Source: the human T2T-CHM13v2.0 reference genome, Homo sapiens. From it: a DNA stretch of 64,000 nt. The stretch lies in assembly GCF_009914755.1 (NCBI RefSeq), contig NC_060936.1; one strand, 5' to 3'. The notes under the pieces were generated by a model. It was given only the letters and a program-made list of their open reading frames with translations, did not search any database and had not been told where the DNA came from. Made by a program: the position numbers and the translations under genes. Shown here one piece after another: positions 20,381 to 38,092 of the stretch (position 1 is its first letter; every line of letters begins with the position of its first letter).

Positions 20381-20698
20381 GGCCGGGCGCGGTGGCTCAC
20401 GCCTCTAATCCCAGCACTTTGGGAGGCCAAGGCAGGTGGATCACGAGGTCAGGAGATCGAGACCATCCTGGCTAACGCGGTGAAACCCCGTCTCTACTAA
20501 AAATACAAAAAAATTAGCCGGGCATGGTGACAGGCGACTGTAGTCCCAGCTACTCAGAAGGCTGAGGCAGGAGAATGGCATGAACCCAGGAGGTGGAGCT
20601 TGCAGTGAGCCGAGATCACGCCACTGCACTCCATCCTGGGCGACAGAGTGAGACTGTCTAAAACAAAACAAAACAAAACAAAAATAAACAAAAAAAAA
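20381..20698 (+). mobile_element. AluY
   Basis: Full dimer, (AAAAC)n tail. Confidence 0.95.
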
Positions 20699-20978
20699 CT
20701 GCCTAAGTACTAAACCACAAAGCAATTCTCAACAGATTTCAAAGAATCAGTATCAATGTGTTTCCCTGCATAATACATTTAATTAGAAGCAAATAACAAA
20801 ATATAATTATGTTTTATTCCCATATGGCTAGAAACTTCTAAATATATTTCCAATTCATGGTCAAAGAAGAAATCATCATGAAAAATGTAAAATTCAGTCT
20901 ATTCTGCTATAATGCATATAAAATGCAGAATATTATCAGTTTAATATGAAAGTCATATTAGTTCCTATTATGAACTAA

Positions 20979-21314
<336 letters not shown>

Positions 21315-21513
21315 AAATACATTTTTAAAAGCCAAAAATTTTTCACAGTTGATCTTCTTTCATGCATATAATGGCTGGTGTAGGGCCTTGAGAACTGCTA
21401 GACTTCCTACTATGTGAAGGTATCTACAGAAGCTTCAAATATAGGTCAAGAAGCAATGAAGGTATTTCTGTTTTACCCTGATGTATTAAAAAATCAAGAA
21501 ATCTAGTTACTAG

Positions 21514-21821
<308 letters not shown>

Positions 21822-22674
21822 TATGTTTTTAGTTTTAATGAAATTAATCACTATTAGAAACAAATGCCCTCAAAGACCTATTTCTCAAAGCTGGAATCGT
21901 AAATCTCAGGACTCAAAACTACAAAGAATTGACTGACGATGGTGCTGATGAAGGGATACTGGTCAAAACTTAATCACATGGCCATATCTACCTATGAGGG
22001 AGGCTGGGAAATATAATCTTCAGTTTTGTATCCAGCTAAAAACTGGGGTTTTGTTGTTAAAAGTTAGAAGGCCAGAATAACCATTAGAGAACCATCAGTG
22101 GACTCTGCCACAAAGAAAATTAGCTTTAATTCAGATGATGTCTCCAATACAATTTTGACTCCAAAACCAGACATGAGCAGTATAAGAAAAAGAAAATCCC
22201 TGGCAAAACTTACTCATGAACATAGGTGCAAAAGTCCTAAACAAAATACTCGCAAGTGAATCCAACCGTTTTATTAAAAAAGAGAGTGCGTTATGACCAA
22301 GTTTTATTTATTCCAGAAATTTAGGGTGGTTTTCACATTTAAAATTGTATCATGATCATATACTACATTAACAAATTAAGGGGTAAAAATATAGGCATCT
22401 CCATAGCTGCAGAAAAAGCATTTGCCAGATTTACTTATTCATCATAAAAACTCTTAGTAAACTAGGAATTAAAAAAAAAAATTAACCTAATTAACAAAAC
22501 GTGTGACTCATCATTCTAATAAGGAAATGTAAGAAATAGAAGATCAGTTCCCTTAAAAATAAAAAAAAAGACAAAGATGCCAACTCTTGCCACTTCCATT
22601 CAAGCTACATTGGAAATTCTGGGCAATGAAACAAGAGAAGAAAAATAAATGAAAATCATAAAGATCAGAACTAG

Positions 22675-22956
22675 GGCCGGGCGCGGTGGCTCATGCCTAT
22701 AATCCCAGCACTTTGGGAGGCTGAGGCGGGCGGATCATGAGGGCAGGAGATCAAGACCATCCTGGCTAACACGGTGAAACCCTGTCTCTACTAAAAATAC
22801 AAAAAAAATTAGCTGGGCGTGGTGGCAGGCGCCTGTAGCCCCAGCTACTCAGGAGGCTGAGGCAGGAGAATGCTGTGAACCCAGGAGGCAGAGCTTGCAG
22901 TGAGCCGAGATCACACCACTGCACTCCAGAGACTCCGTCTCAAAAAAAAAAAAAAA
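22675..22956 (+). mobile_element. AluY with a small 3' deletion
   Basis: GCACTCCAG joined to AGACTCCGTCTC; TSD AAAGA(T/C)CAGAACTA. Confidence 0.93.
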
Positions 22957-23932
22957 GACCAGAACTAAACAACTCTCATTAATGACATACAATATCATTG
23001 TCCCAAAAGAATCTACACATAAAATATTGGAAATCAGTAGACATTTTGGCAACATCAGATATAAGATGAATATTTGAAAATCCACTACATTTCTATATAC
23101 CAGCAACAGAAATATAATTGTAAAAAATTGTAAAAAAAACTCATGTAACACACAACAAAACTATAAGTTACATAATAACAGATCTAAAAAAAAAGATGCT
23201 CAGGATACATAAGAAAAAATACAATATTTATTAGAAGGCATTAATTAAAACCTAACTAATATGAGAGTTATACCATGGATATTTAGACTCAATATCACAA
23301 CAATGTCAGCACTGTCCAAACTGAGATATAGACTCAATACAATGCCAATCAAAATTACAAGTTGATTCTGATATATGCAACAGGCCAAAATGCAATGGGC
23401 CAGAAATAGTCAATTTACTCTTCAAGGAAAACAGTGAGATGGCAGGACTTACCCAACATCAGGACTTCTTATAAATCCATAGCATTTTAGACTGAATAAT
23501 ATTAGTGCAGGTTTAGACAACTTGATCAATGAATTAGGTTAAAAGCCAAAAAGCAGACCCACAGATATATAGAAATTTTTTAGATAACAGAGATCAATTG
23601 TAGGTCAATTGGAAAAAGTTGGGCTGTTCAATAAACGATGATTATTCTAGCATATACTCTTACATATACTGCTGGTGGGATTGGAAATTGGCAAAACAAT
23701 CTGTGAACTTGAGCATTTACATGCCCTAGAATTCATCGATTGCACTTCTCTAGAAGAAACGCTGGTGCATGGGAACTGCTGCATACAGAGATTTATGCAA
23801 GAATACTCACAGCATTACCGTTTATCACAACCAAAAAAAAACTATATACAATATGACACCATTTTTACAAAGCTCAAAAACAAGCAAAAGTAAACAAGTA
23901 AAGTTTGTAGATACAAACATATGTGATGAAGC

Positions 23933-24218
<286 letters not shown>

Positions 24219-25009
24219 GATGAAGCTACTTTTTTAAAGCAAGGAAATAACAAACACCAAAACTCAGGGTAATAGCTATCTCTTCAAGGGAGACAGGCAT
24301 ACAGAACAGGAAAGAACACATAGGCACATACAACCCTGTTGATAATGTTCTAATTCTTAGATGGGGTAGTGGGTTCACAGATGTTCATTTTGTTAGCATG
24401 TCTCATAATACATACTTTGCATTTGTTATTTTATATATAAAATTGCTAAAGAAGAAAAAACTCCCTCAAAGAAAACAGCCCCCACTTAGCAACAGTTAGG
24501 AACAGTAAGTCCTCAGTTATAGAGGGTGAAAGACAGCTTCTTCAGCAGCCAATTTCCAGCTGAATTTGACTTGAGCTGCTAGATTCGGTCAGAAGCCTGG
24601 GTGGGCAAGATGTGAAGGAGAATCAAGCCAAAAGGTGGAAGCTCACTCTGTACCCTGGGAAGTAGAGAAGGGCAGAGGCTTGCCCAGTGCCACACAGCTC
24701 ACTGATGGAGAGTCAGGGTTCGCGGACTGACCAGTGACGTACAAGGAGCCAGAAGGGAAGACGTGAGGGGTGGCGGGTAGCACCGAGGCCGGCCAGGCCA
24801 GGCACAGGACTGCAGCCGTCTCTGGCATGCGGCCCAATGCTGATCACAATCAGATTCCCACCAGAGCGGAAGAACAGGACCCCGCCAGCACCTCCCAGAT
24901 CCAGATCCAGGCTCAGACAGGAACCAAGCAGAACTGCTATCATCTTTGCGGATCAGGGTTCCTGAAGATTAAGGAACCAGATGTTAGGGCTAGAGAAAAA
25001 AAGGGTGGG

Positions 25010-25404
<395 letters not shown>

Positions 25405-25692
25405 CTATCCTACATCCACCAGCCCTTAGCCTAAGGCTGCCTGCTGCGGTTTGAGGACAGGACAGACACCTTCCCACTTATCCATCAATTTCTCTAATGT
25501 CATCGGTAGCACCCAGTGTCTAGTTTAGGTTTTTCTACCCTCCCTTCTCCGATGTTCTTATGGCACTACAGATGCTGGGAACAGTTCTGTATCTATATGT
25601 CGTGCCTCATTTTATGATTATTTGCCTCATTTCATGATTATTGCATTCCCTTTGGAGGGCTGTCAGCGTGTGAAAGTCAGGCCCATGTCTAA

Positions 25693-25998
<306 letters not shown>

Positions 25999-26278
25999 CG
26001 TCTAACTTCTTTTTATTCCCTAGCAGCTTATTCAGAATATTATGCATAAAATATCTCAATATTGATAAAATGTAAACTGTTTAAATCTGGGGAAGAAGGA
26101 AAACGCTGTAAAACTATTATTGCCAGCCACTAACCCTTTGGTATAAATTAGCTTTCAGAAGTTTTTTTGAGGTATATTTTGTTAAGGAAATTCAAAGACA
26201 GTTCAAGGAAACTTTCTTTTTAATTATAAAGTTTCTTGAAGCAAAAGGGGAAAACAATATGTGTTTGTTCAGAGAAGG

Positions 26279-26576
26279 TTTTTTGAGCGGGGAGGAGACA
26301 GGGTCTCACTGTCACCCAGGCTGGAGTGTAGTGGCAGTATCACGGTTCACGGCAGCCTAGACCTCCTCAGACTCAAGCGATCCTCCCCCCTAAGCCTCCC
26401 AAGCAGCTGCGACTACAGGCACAAGCCACCTCACCCAACTATTTTTTTGTATTTTTTGTAGAGACAGGGTTTTGATATGTCACACAGGCTGGTCTCAAAC
26501 TCCTTGTCTCAATTGATCCACCCATCTCAACCTCCCAAAGTGCTGGGATTACAAGCATGAGCTACTGTGCCCAGCA
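26279..26576 (-). mobile_element. AluJ
   Basis: GAGACAGGGTCTCACTGTC, CTCAAGCGATCCTCCC. Confidence 0.9.
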
Positions 26577-26830
26577 AGAGATGATTTTTTTTTATCATGA
26601 TTTACTCATGTCCTAAAATACTACAGAGACATTAAAAATAACGCGATCTCTACAGACTGACATGGAAGGATATCAGACATGTTACTAAGTTGAAAACAAA
26701 ACAAAACCTTGCAAAACATTTACAGCGTGATCTTATTTTTGTTAAAAACAAAATTTTTAAAAATACACACATCTGTGTTGTGGAAAAGTTCTGAAAAGAT
26801 ATCAATGAAATAATAAACAGTTATTTCCCC

Positions 26831-26960
26831 TAGGGCATGCTTTTTAAATGTATAATGTATATGGATTACCTGAGGGTATTGTTAAAAATGTTAAAATTCA
26901 GATCCTGATTCAGTAGAGCTGGTGGGGCCTAAGAATCTGCATTTCCAACAAGCTCACAGG
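26831..26960. mobile_element. MER5-type hAT-Charlie MITE
   Basis: CAGATCCTGATTCAGTAGAGCTGGTGGGGCCTAAGAATCTGCATTTCCAACAAGCTC. Confidence 0.75.
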
Positions 26961-27367
26961 CAGTGATCCTGGCTTGCAGAGCCAGTTTTTACATTTTCAG
27001 GAATTTTGTGGCTCTGTTGTTAAATACATTCATTATTAAATACTAAAGTATATATAATCATCGTAAAACAAGTTACATTTAAGACAGAGATAACGACTCA
27101 AAACTCATACTTCCTAATTATTTTATATTTTACTATTATCTATACCCTTGAGGTTATACATACCAATGTCTGTATCTGTGTGATGGAAATGACACATAAT
27201 GGTGTGTTACTGTGAAGTCTTCCCAGTTTTCCATTGAGTAACATCACATGGGTGGCATGGAATCTGACACGCTGGAAATAGTTACACCACAGAAATTGGC
27301 AGACACTACAGATCATGGCTTTTCTTCCAAAGAGTCACTTGTTAAACATTGATCAACACACCACTGC
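26961..27367 (+). mobile_element. MER63-type hAT-Blackjack element
   Basis: GAGCCAGTTTTTACATTTTCAGGAATTTTG ... GTTAAACATTGATCAACACACCACTG. Confidence 0.75.
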
Positions 27368-27437
27368 TCCCAGGCACACAGCACCAGCCTAGGACACGAA
27401 ATTGATGTGGGGAAAGATATTTGGTGTTTTTTCCCTT

Positions 27438-27727
27438 TTATTTTTTGTTGACGATAATTGTCCATTTTTTATGGGATTCAAAGTGGTATTCTGATACATG
27501 CATATGATGTATATTGATCAAATCAGGGTAATTAGCATATCTAACATCTTGAACACCGATCACTTCTTTGTGCTGGGAACACTTAAAATCCTACCTTGCA
27601 GCTTTTTGAAACTATACTTGAAACTATTGTTAACTACTTTCACCCTACAGTGGTACAGGACACTAATGCTTATTCCCCTCAGCTTAGCCAGCTGTAACTT
27701 TGTATCCATTAACCAGCCTCTCCCCAA
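27438..27727 (-). mobile_element. L1MA-type 3' end
   Basis: GATCAAATCAGGGTAATTAGCATATC, GCTGTAACTTTGTATCCATTAACCAGCCTCTCCCC. Confidence 0.8.
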
Positions 27728-28639
27728 TGTGGGGAAAGGTTCTATGAGTGAGAGGAGGAATGGGTGCTGACCAGGAAGGCTATGAACATTAAAGATGAAT
27801 TTTTCTACACCAAGATTGTCTGTATTCCTAGCTCGTTGGTAGCATGGAGTACTTAACAAGTATTTGCCAACTAAGAGAATGAATCAATGCTGGCTGTGAA
27901 GAGAACCAAGTAAAGTTTCCGTTGGAAAGCACAGGAAGCCCACTTCACTCCCACAGGAGCTGGGGATGAGAAAGAGTGGGGGTGGGTATCTGCTCCTAGG
28001 GGGCCCTGGCAGGGGAAGCCCAGGACTGGCCCTCTTGCTGACTGGCACCTCAACATTTCCTGTACGGTTTTAGTTGCTGCACCTGAGAGGCAGTATGTAC
28101 TTAACTCCTCCCCTGGAGGTCAGCAAGAGAGGCCCACGGCTGCCCAAACTACTGGCCAAATAAACAAACAGCCAGGCCAGGAAGCAGACAGCGGGGCCCC
28201 AGTAGACTCTGGGACTGCAGCAGCAGCCACAAAGTCTGGAAAAGGCTGAGCCAGAACCCACACCCCGATCCCTTTTCTCCCCCCCAGCCCCTCCCCTGCC
28301 ACCAGAACCTTCTGTCTAATGCTATCTCTCCCTCTATCCCCTGCCTTACTCCTCTGACCCCTCTGGGCAAAGTTCCATGATTAATGGAACCATCCATTCC
28401 TCAGCTCCTGCCCTTTCCCTTGCCACCAATCCGAACTCTCCAGAACTGAGGTCAGAGCAATGGCCTGGCTGGCCCGGCGGCCATCTGAGCAGACCCAGGC
28501 CAAGCACTCCCTCCCCGTCACTCTCCGAGTATCAGGTCCAGCCATCCCTCCTCTGAACGCCATGCAGGGGCAGCTTGGCTTCTGGGCTCTGCACAGCAGC
28601 ACATCCAGCACACGCCACTCAGCGTCCTATAAGCGTCTA

Positions 28640-30790
28640 CTGAGCCCCGGCTGTGTGCTTGCTGGCATTGCTGTCGAAAGTGGAGGTACAGATTGCCAGA
28701 CAAGACACACAAAGAGCTTACACTTAATGGAGGGAAAAAGCCAAAAAACAAGAAAGCAAATATAAATCAGATGGTGATAAGGGCTAGGAAGAGAATAAAG
28801 TAATGTAAGGGGGACAGCAAGTGACAAGAGTGGGTGGTATTTATGCAGAATAGCCCCGGAGGGCCTCTGCGACAGGTGCCACTTGAGAAGAGACCTGATA
28901 TTGAGAGGTGACAGCGTGCTGGCAGTCCTCACAGCCCTTGCTCGCTCTCGGCGCCTCCTCTGCCTGGGCTCCCACTTTGGCGGCACTTGAGGCCTTCAGC
29001 CCACCGCTGCACTGTGGGAGCCCCTTTCTGGGCCGGCGAAGGCCGGAGCCGGCTCCTTCAGCTTGCAGGGAGGTGTGGAGGGAGTGGCGCGAGCGGGAAC
29101 CGGGGCTGCGCGCAGAGCTTGCGGGCCAGCTGGAGTTCAGGGTGGGCGTGGGCTTGGCGGGCCCTGCACTCGGAGCAGCCGGCCAGCCCTGCCGGCCCCG
29201 GGCAACGAGGGGCTTACACCTGGGCCTGCAGCTGCGGAGGGTGTACTGGGTCCCTAAGCAGTGCCGGCCCACCGGCGCTGCGCTCGATTTCTCGCCGGGT
29301 CTTAGCTGCCTCCCCGCGGGGCAGGGCTCAGGACCTGCAGCCCGCCATGCCTGAGACCCCCCTCTTCCGTGGGCTCCTGTGCGGCCGGACCCTCCCCGAC
29401 GAGCACCGCCCGCTGCTCCACTGGCACCTAGTCCCATCGACCACCCAAGGGCTGAGGAGTGCGGGCACACAGCGCGGGACTGGCAGGCAGCTCCACCTGC
29501 AGCCCAGGTGCGGGATCCACTGGGTGAAACCAGCTGGGCTCCTGACTCTGGTGGGACCTTGGAGAACCTTTATGTCTAGCTCAGGATTGTAAATACACCA
29601 ATCGGCACTCTGTATCTAGCTCAAGGTTTGTAAACACACCAATCAGCACCCTGTGTCTAGCTCAGGGTTTGTGAATGCACCAATGGACACTCTGTATCTA
29701 GCTGCTCTGGTGGGGCCTTGGAGAACCTTGTGTGGACACTCTGTATCTAGCTAATCTGGTGGGGAGGAGGAGAACCTTTGGGTCTAGCTCAGGGATTGTA
29801 AACGCACCAATCAGCACCCCGTCAAAACAGGCCACTCGGCTCTACCAATCAGCAGGATGTGGGTGGGGGCAGATAAGAGAATAAAAGCAGGCTGCCCGAG
29901 CCAGCAGTGGCAACCCGCTGGAGTTGGCTTCCCCAATGTGGAAGTTTTGTTCTTTCTCTCTTTGGGTGCACGCTGCTTTTATGAGCTGTAACGCTCACTG
30001 CGAAGATCTGCAGCTTCCCTCCTAAGCCCACAGAGACCATGAGCCCACCAGGAGGAATGAACAACTCCAGACACGCCGCTTTAAGAGCTTGTAACACTCA
30101 CCACGAAGGTCTGTAGCTTCAGTCCTGAGCCAGTGAGACCACGAACCCACCAGAAGGAAGAAACTCCGAACACATCTTAACATCAGAAGGAACAAACTCC
30201 AGACACGCCGCCTTTAAGAACTGTAGCACTCACCGCGAGGGTCCGCGGCTTCATTCTTAGTCAGTGAGACCAAGAACCCACCAATTCCAGACACAGTGTG
30301 ACAGACAAGCCATGGAGAATCTAGACAAAGAGGGCTGCACGCCAGCACCGTGAGGCAGGAACACGCCTGCTGTGCTCTAGGCACACCCAAGTGAAATGCT
30401 GAGGGGCAAGGTGGGAGCATCAGTTAGGGCCCTGGGGGCCACGAAAAGAATTTGGAGTGTCCTCTGAGAGAGATGGGGACCACTGGAAAATTGCGCAGAA
30501 AAGTGACATGGTCTGATTTACGTTCTAAGGAAATCGTTCTGGGTGCTCTGTTGGGAACAGACTGCGTTAGCGGGGGTGGGGATGAGGGTGGAAGCATGGA
30601 GAGTCATTAGGGGGCTAAAGCAAAGTTTAGGCCAAAGATGATGGGGGCTTAGAGCAGGAGAGGAGGGATGGAAAGGGGTGATCCGGTCATATTTTGAAAT
30701 AGCTCTGGCAGGATCTGCTGACGAAGTCTACATGGGGTGGGAGAGAGAGAAGGGTGGAGGATGGCCCAGGTTTTGGACCTGAGAGGCCTG
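28640..30790 (-). mobile_element. L2 fragment split by LTR12 #3
   Basis: GAGGGCCTCTGCGACAGGTGCCACTTGAGAAGAGACCTGA continues after the LTR with AGCCATGGAGAATCT and GTGACATGGTCTGATTTACGTT. Confidence 0.75.
28902..30295 (+). mobile_element. Solo LTR12C #3 lacking the poly(A) signal segment
   Basis: TGAGAGGTGACAGCGTGCTGG ... CCAATTCCAGACACA; CCAAT repeats; AATAAAA TATA-like 29880-29886; flanking 4-mers ATAT/GTGT are only a degenerate TSD. Confidence 0.96.
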
Positions 30791-31149
30791 AGTCTGTATC
30801 ATAACCAGCCTGCAAGGCAAAAATGGGTCTCGTTCTTCCTCACCATATCCTCAGGAATGTGGAGTGGGTGCCGGGCCAGGACGATGATCAGGGAGAGAGG
30901 AGGGGAGCAAGGACAAAAAGACGACATGGGGGAACCGGTAGGGGAAGAAGGAATATCTACACTGTGAACATTCCTAAAGTCCTGCCTCCCCCACGAAGTC
31001 TGTGGGACTAATCTGACGAGTGATGACTTCCTGACCCTTCTCAAGGGAATTCTTGCACCCACCTCCCCTCCACACTTCCCAGCTTCAACTCCCATCCTTG
31101 AACAAAAGCAGCACGTTAGTAACCTGCTGGTTGAGAAGTAACATAGGTC

Positions 31150-31970
31150 ACTGTGGGATTCACTATCACATGGTCAGGCTATGAACTTGACTGCTGCAAC
31201 AGCCCCAAACACCCGGGAGGAAATGAGCTAGGATGCATTTCTCCCTCATGGAATTCTCTGAACGTAAGTAGTCCAGGGCTGCTCAGCAGCTCCACAGGGC
31301 AGAGAGCCAGCCCCAGCTGTTCCACCCTGGGAGGCTGGCCTCATCTCATGGGCTCAGACAGCCCATCACCACATCTGCCCTCTGGACGGCCAGAAGGAGG
31401 AAGCTGGGGCAGGGGCGTGCGGGGATGGAGCTGCGGGTCCGGGGAATGAAGGAGGGAGGCCCCTGCCGCTTAAGGACATGCCCAGAGGTTGCCTCCGCCC
31501 CTTCTACTCACATCCTATTGGCCAGAACTTGTCCCTGTGGCTACCCTGGGTGTAAAGGAGCCTGGGAAATAGAGATTTTATTCTGGGGAGTCATGTCTTC
31601 AACTAAATCAATGACTATGGTAGAAGGAAAGGCGAATTTGGGGCCAGTCATGGTGGCTAACACCTGTAATCCCAGCAGTTTGGGAAGCTAAGGAGAGAGG
31701 ATCACTGGAGTCCAGGATCTCAAAACCAGCCTGGGCAACATAGTAAGACCCCGTCACTACAAAAAATAAAAAATAAATAGCTGGGTGTGGTAGCATGTGC
31801 CCATAGTCCCAGCTACTAGAGAGGCTGAGGTGAGAGGATCACTTTGAGCCTGGAAGGTCAAGGCTACAGTGAGCCGAGATCACACTACTGCATTGCAGCC
31901 TGAATGACAGAGTGAGAACCTGTCCAGAAAAAAAAAAAAATTAGGGAGACTGCTAGCTGCTCTGGCACAG
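31150..31970 (-). mobile_element. Old MLT1 (J/K-like) LTR containing AluJ 31642-31940
   Basis: CTTCTACTCACATCCTATTGGCCAGAACTTGTC, GTAAAGGAGCCTGGGAAATAG. Confidence 0.65.
31642..31940 (+). mobile_element. AluJ
   Basis: CCAGCCTGGGCAACATAGTAAGACCCC, GGTCAAGGCTACAGTGAGC. Confidence 0.9.
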
Positions 31971-32052
31971 GGATGTCCAACGCAGTTGCATTTGACCTTA
32001 GTGTTAGGTTCCTACTCCCTGTGTGAGCCTCTCAGGATGGAGCCCAGCTTAA

Positions 32053-32189
32053 TTTTATGCCTAGTGTTCCATTATTGGAACGCTAAGCATGCGGGAGTTA
32101 TTTATATCCCACTGCTCTATGTCATTGCCAAGGTCTGATTTTTCACACGTCTGCAATTCAAAAAAATTGCAACATCCGGCATAAATGGG
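32053..32189 (+). mobile_element. MER85 (piggyBac PGBD3-derived MITE)
   Basis: TTTATGCCTAGTGTTCCATTATTGGAACGCTAAGCATG ... GGCATAAATGGG; TTAA on both sides (32049-32052, 32190-32193). Confidence 0.93.
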
Positions 32190-32747
32190 TTAATCCCCTT
32201 CATTTTACGCACAGACTTTTCCAGCATATAAAGCATTGTCACCCACATAATTGTACTTGGTCTTCACAATATGCCATGAGGTAGGTAGTTTAATTCAATT
32301 TTACCCATAAGAAAAGCAGGGTTTAGCAAGGTGAGGCGATTAGCACAGGGCCACAGGCTGATGAATGCTGGGATTTGAACTCAGACCTTCTCTCCAGAAT
32401 ATTTGCTCTCACCCCTCACTAGCAGGGAGTAATGGGGTTATTGTGAATGTGAGGGTGAGTGGATTTCTACCACTTATACCACCACCACCAGAAGCTTTCA
32501 GGAAAGACAGCAGCTAAAGATAGGTGTGACTTGATAGAGCACAATCCCATCACTCTCACAGACACAGAAAAATCTGCTCCAACCCTGCAAATCAGCGTGA
32601 TATGGAGGGAAAGGCACAGGGCAGAGCAGCCAGGACCAGGCCTGGGACCAGGCCTGACTCAGCCAACATCCCCCCGTACAGACAGCCTCCATGTCCAAAA
32701 CTGCATCTGTGATGATCAGCTTGTGTCTGTGCCACACCAATGTTTAA

Positions 32748-33046
32748 TTTTTTTTTTTTTTTTTTGAGACAGAGTCTCCCTCTGTCGCCCGGGCTGGAGT
32801 GCAGTGGTGCTATCTCAGCTTCCTGCAAACTCCGCCTCCCAGGTTCACGCCATTCTCCTGCCTCAGCCTCCTGAGTAGCTGGGACTACAGGCGCCCACCG
32901 CCATGCCCAGCTAATTTTTTATATTTTTAGTAGAGACGGGGTTTCACCGTGTTAGCCAGGATGGTCTCAATCTCCTGCCCTCGTGATCCTCCCGCTTCAG
33001 CCTCCCAAAGTGCTGAGATTACAGGCATGAGCCACTGTGCCCGGCC
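32748..33046 (-). mobile_element. AluY
   Basis: Full dimer; TSD TGTTTAAT. Confidence 0.95.
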
Positions 33047-33755
33047 TGTTTAATATTTTTAATATCATCCCTGGTGAATCTGTTCCTGGTGGGTCCCATA
33101 GTGTCCTGTTGTGTTGAGAAAGCTCTCTGAGCTTCAGTTCCACATGTACAAAAAAGAAGAAGCAAACCTTCCCCTCCCAGCCACCCCCAGCTCGAAGCAC
33201 ACCAGCACAACCAAAAGAGGTGACATCAAAGGTCCTCCTGAGCCCTTGGCATCATCCACCTCAACAGCCTCCCTGCCATACCCACAGCTCATCCATCCCA
33301 ATTTCCAGTCCTGTAGCTGCAGCTCCCCACTGCAGGCCTGCAGACCACTCCTGGAGTAGGAGGAGTAGGAGTAGGCTGCAGCCCACTCCTAAGTGCACAG
33401 CAGCTTGGGAGAGCGGGCAGAAATTGCAGGGCCTTAGAATATCCAAGTGGAAGGAACTTCAGAGACTGTCTAATCCCACGGCCATGGGGCCCCCGAGTGG
33501 CAGAGCCTTGATGAATGTGCATGACACAGAGGGGGCTGCCCTCAGGCTTTCTGCGTGTTGCCCTGTCTAATTCAGGAGTAGCTAGGGGACCCTCGAGGCC
33601 CCACTGCCTGGCGTTGATCCCAGCTCTGCCATCCATATGGCCTCAGACAAATTAGGCAGCTTCTCTGTGCCTCAGTGCCTCAGTAAAATCTAGACAATAA
33701 TGACAGCGGAGCACCCACCCAGTATGGTGGTTGTGGTGAATAGATGAGTTAATAC

Positions 33756-34491
<736 letters not shown>

Positions 34492-34522
34492 TCAAAAGAT
34501 GAGTTAATACAGTAAATTCTTG

Positions 34523-34527
34523 TCTTC

Positions 34528-34559
<32 letters not shown>

Positions 34560-34819
34560 TTTTTTTTTTTTTGGAGACGGACTTTTGCTCTTGTTGCCCA
34601 GGCTGGAGGGCAGTGGTGCAATCTCGGCTCACTGCGACCTCCCGAGTAGCTGGGATTACAGGTGCCCACCACCACACCCAGCTAATTTTTTGTATTTTTA
34701 GTAGAGACAGGGTTTCACCATGTTGGCCAGGCTGGTCTGAAACTCCTGACCTCAAGTGATCTGCTTACCTTGGCCTCCCAAAGTGCTGGGATTACAGGTG
34801 TGAGCTACTGTGCCTGGCC
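34523..34819 (-). mobile_element. AluS with internal deletion
   Basis: (CTT)n/T tail; TSD AATACAGT(A/C)AATTCT at the MER82 terminus. Confidence 0.92.
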
Positions 34820-34823
34820 AATA

Positions 34824-35784
<961 letters not shown>

Positions 35785-36174
35785 AATATAGAAAGCCCCT
35801 AGAATAGTGCCTGCCCAGTAGGAAGCATTCGATAAATCGTGTTACTTTGTAAGCTTTACAGCAATCTGCTGAGATATTGCTATTTCCATTTTACAGATGA
35901 GGAAAGTGAGTGTCCAAGAGGTTAAAGACCTGGACCTGGTTCCCATGGTTGGTCAGTGGTGGTGTTGGGACTTGATCCCAGTTTCAGACCTGGTTTAACT
36001 ATTTTGTGCATTGCCTAGAACACGGGCCCCTTCCATGCTCCCTCTCCACAGGAACACAGGCATGGGTTGTATGTGATACACACGCACAGGCAGGCCCCAC
36101 ACACAAGCAGAATTCCTGTGTTTACTCCTTTCACAAACCTCCTTAACTCTGAGGAGCCTTAGAAACAGAGAGGT

Positions 36175-36639
<465 letters not shown>

Positions 36640-37028
36640 TCAGCTTCCTCTGCAGCTCAGCCAGGGGCCACAGCTGGGCCTGTCCAGCCTCACTTGACCA
36701 AGAACCGAAGTCCCAGGAGAAAGGAAAGTGAGGCCAGGATGGTGACAGGGTGGAGAAGCTGGGCCCCCAGTGAGCCCCCACAGAGGGTAGGACACAGAGG
36801 GACAAGTGTGAGGGGCAGTAACTGCCCGTAGGAATAGTGGCCATGGGAGAGACACCGTGGTGCCCACACCCCAGTAGGTCCTCAGTAAAACTAACATCCA
36901 CCTGGGCCGCACAGGTAGCCCTGCCACCCTCCAGGGCCCAGGATTCTTTGAGTGAGTTTTAGAACGCCTCTGAAATCTGGGGAGATATGACAGCCCACAG
37001 CAATTTGCATTTTTTGCTTTCCTGTTAT

Positions 37029-37223
37029 CAGAGGTGACTAAACTCTGGCCTTCAGGCCAAATCCAGCCAGCAGACTCCTATGTGCAGCTCACTAGCTAAG
37101 AATGGTTTTTACATTTTTAAAGTGTTGAGTAACAGGAGAAAATCTGGGGTGAGAGGAAGAGAGATCATATGCCCCACAAAGCCTAGAATATTTACCTGAT
37201 GAAGAAAATGTTGCCAGCCCCTG
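37029..37223. mobile_element. MER58-type hAT-Charlie MITE
   Basis: GGCCAAATCCAGCC...AGCTAAGAATGGTTTTTACATTTTTAAA...CCCACAAAGCCTAGAATATTTAC...GCCAGCCCCTG. Confidence 0.8.
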
Positions 37224-37659
37224 ACCCAGATGGATTTAGCAGTGGAAGCCCTGGCCAACCAAGTGTGAGTCAGGGTGGCCCGAACACCAGCCCACATCCA
37301 CCCATCCCCAGTGTAGACATCAGGCATGTTATTCAGCCTCTATAAGGCTCACTTTTCCCTTCTGCAAAGTGGAGGCAATAACAAGAGCTGTGTCCCAGGG
37401 CTGTGAGATTACATTAGGTGTCGTCTATGTCAAGCCTTTAGCCCTTGGCATCCTGGGCTACTGTGTGGGCAGAACATGGGTGCCGGTGACGGCAGTGGTG
37501 GCGGTGGAGAGGCGGAGAGGAGGGAAAGGGTCCCTTCCTGACCAGCTGCTGTCTCCATATCTCAGAGAAATGGGGAAACTGAATCATGGGGGTGACTCAT
37601 CTGAGGTCACCAGCTATAAATAGTCCAAAGACTCATGACAGACTGCAAGCAGGTCCTAG

Positions 37660-38092
<433 letters not shown>

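Noticed and set aside
28841-29592. Longest ORFs in the track (209 aa and 201 aa), and similar ORFs at 2003-2565, 11622-12240 and 60463-61039
   Set aside because: They are stop-poor frames of the GC-rich LTR12 5' region, repeated in all four LTRs, with no protein-family features.
31474-31493. Possible p53 response element GGACATGCCC AGAGGTTGCC
   Set aside because: Only one half-site fits RRRCWWGYYY, and it lies in an old MaLR fragment.
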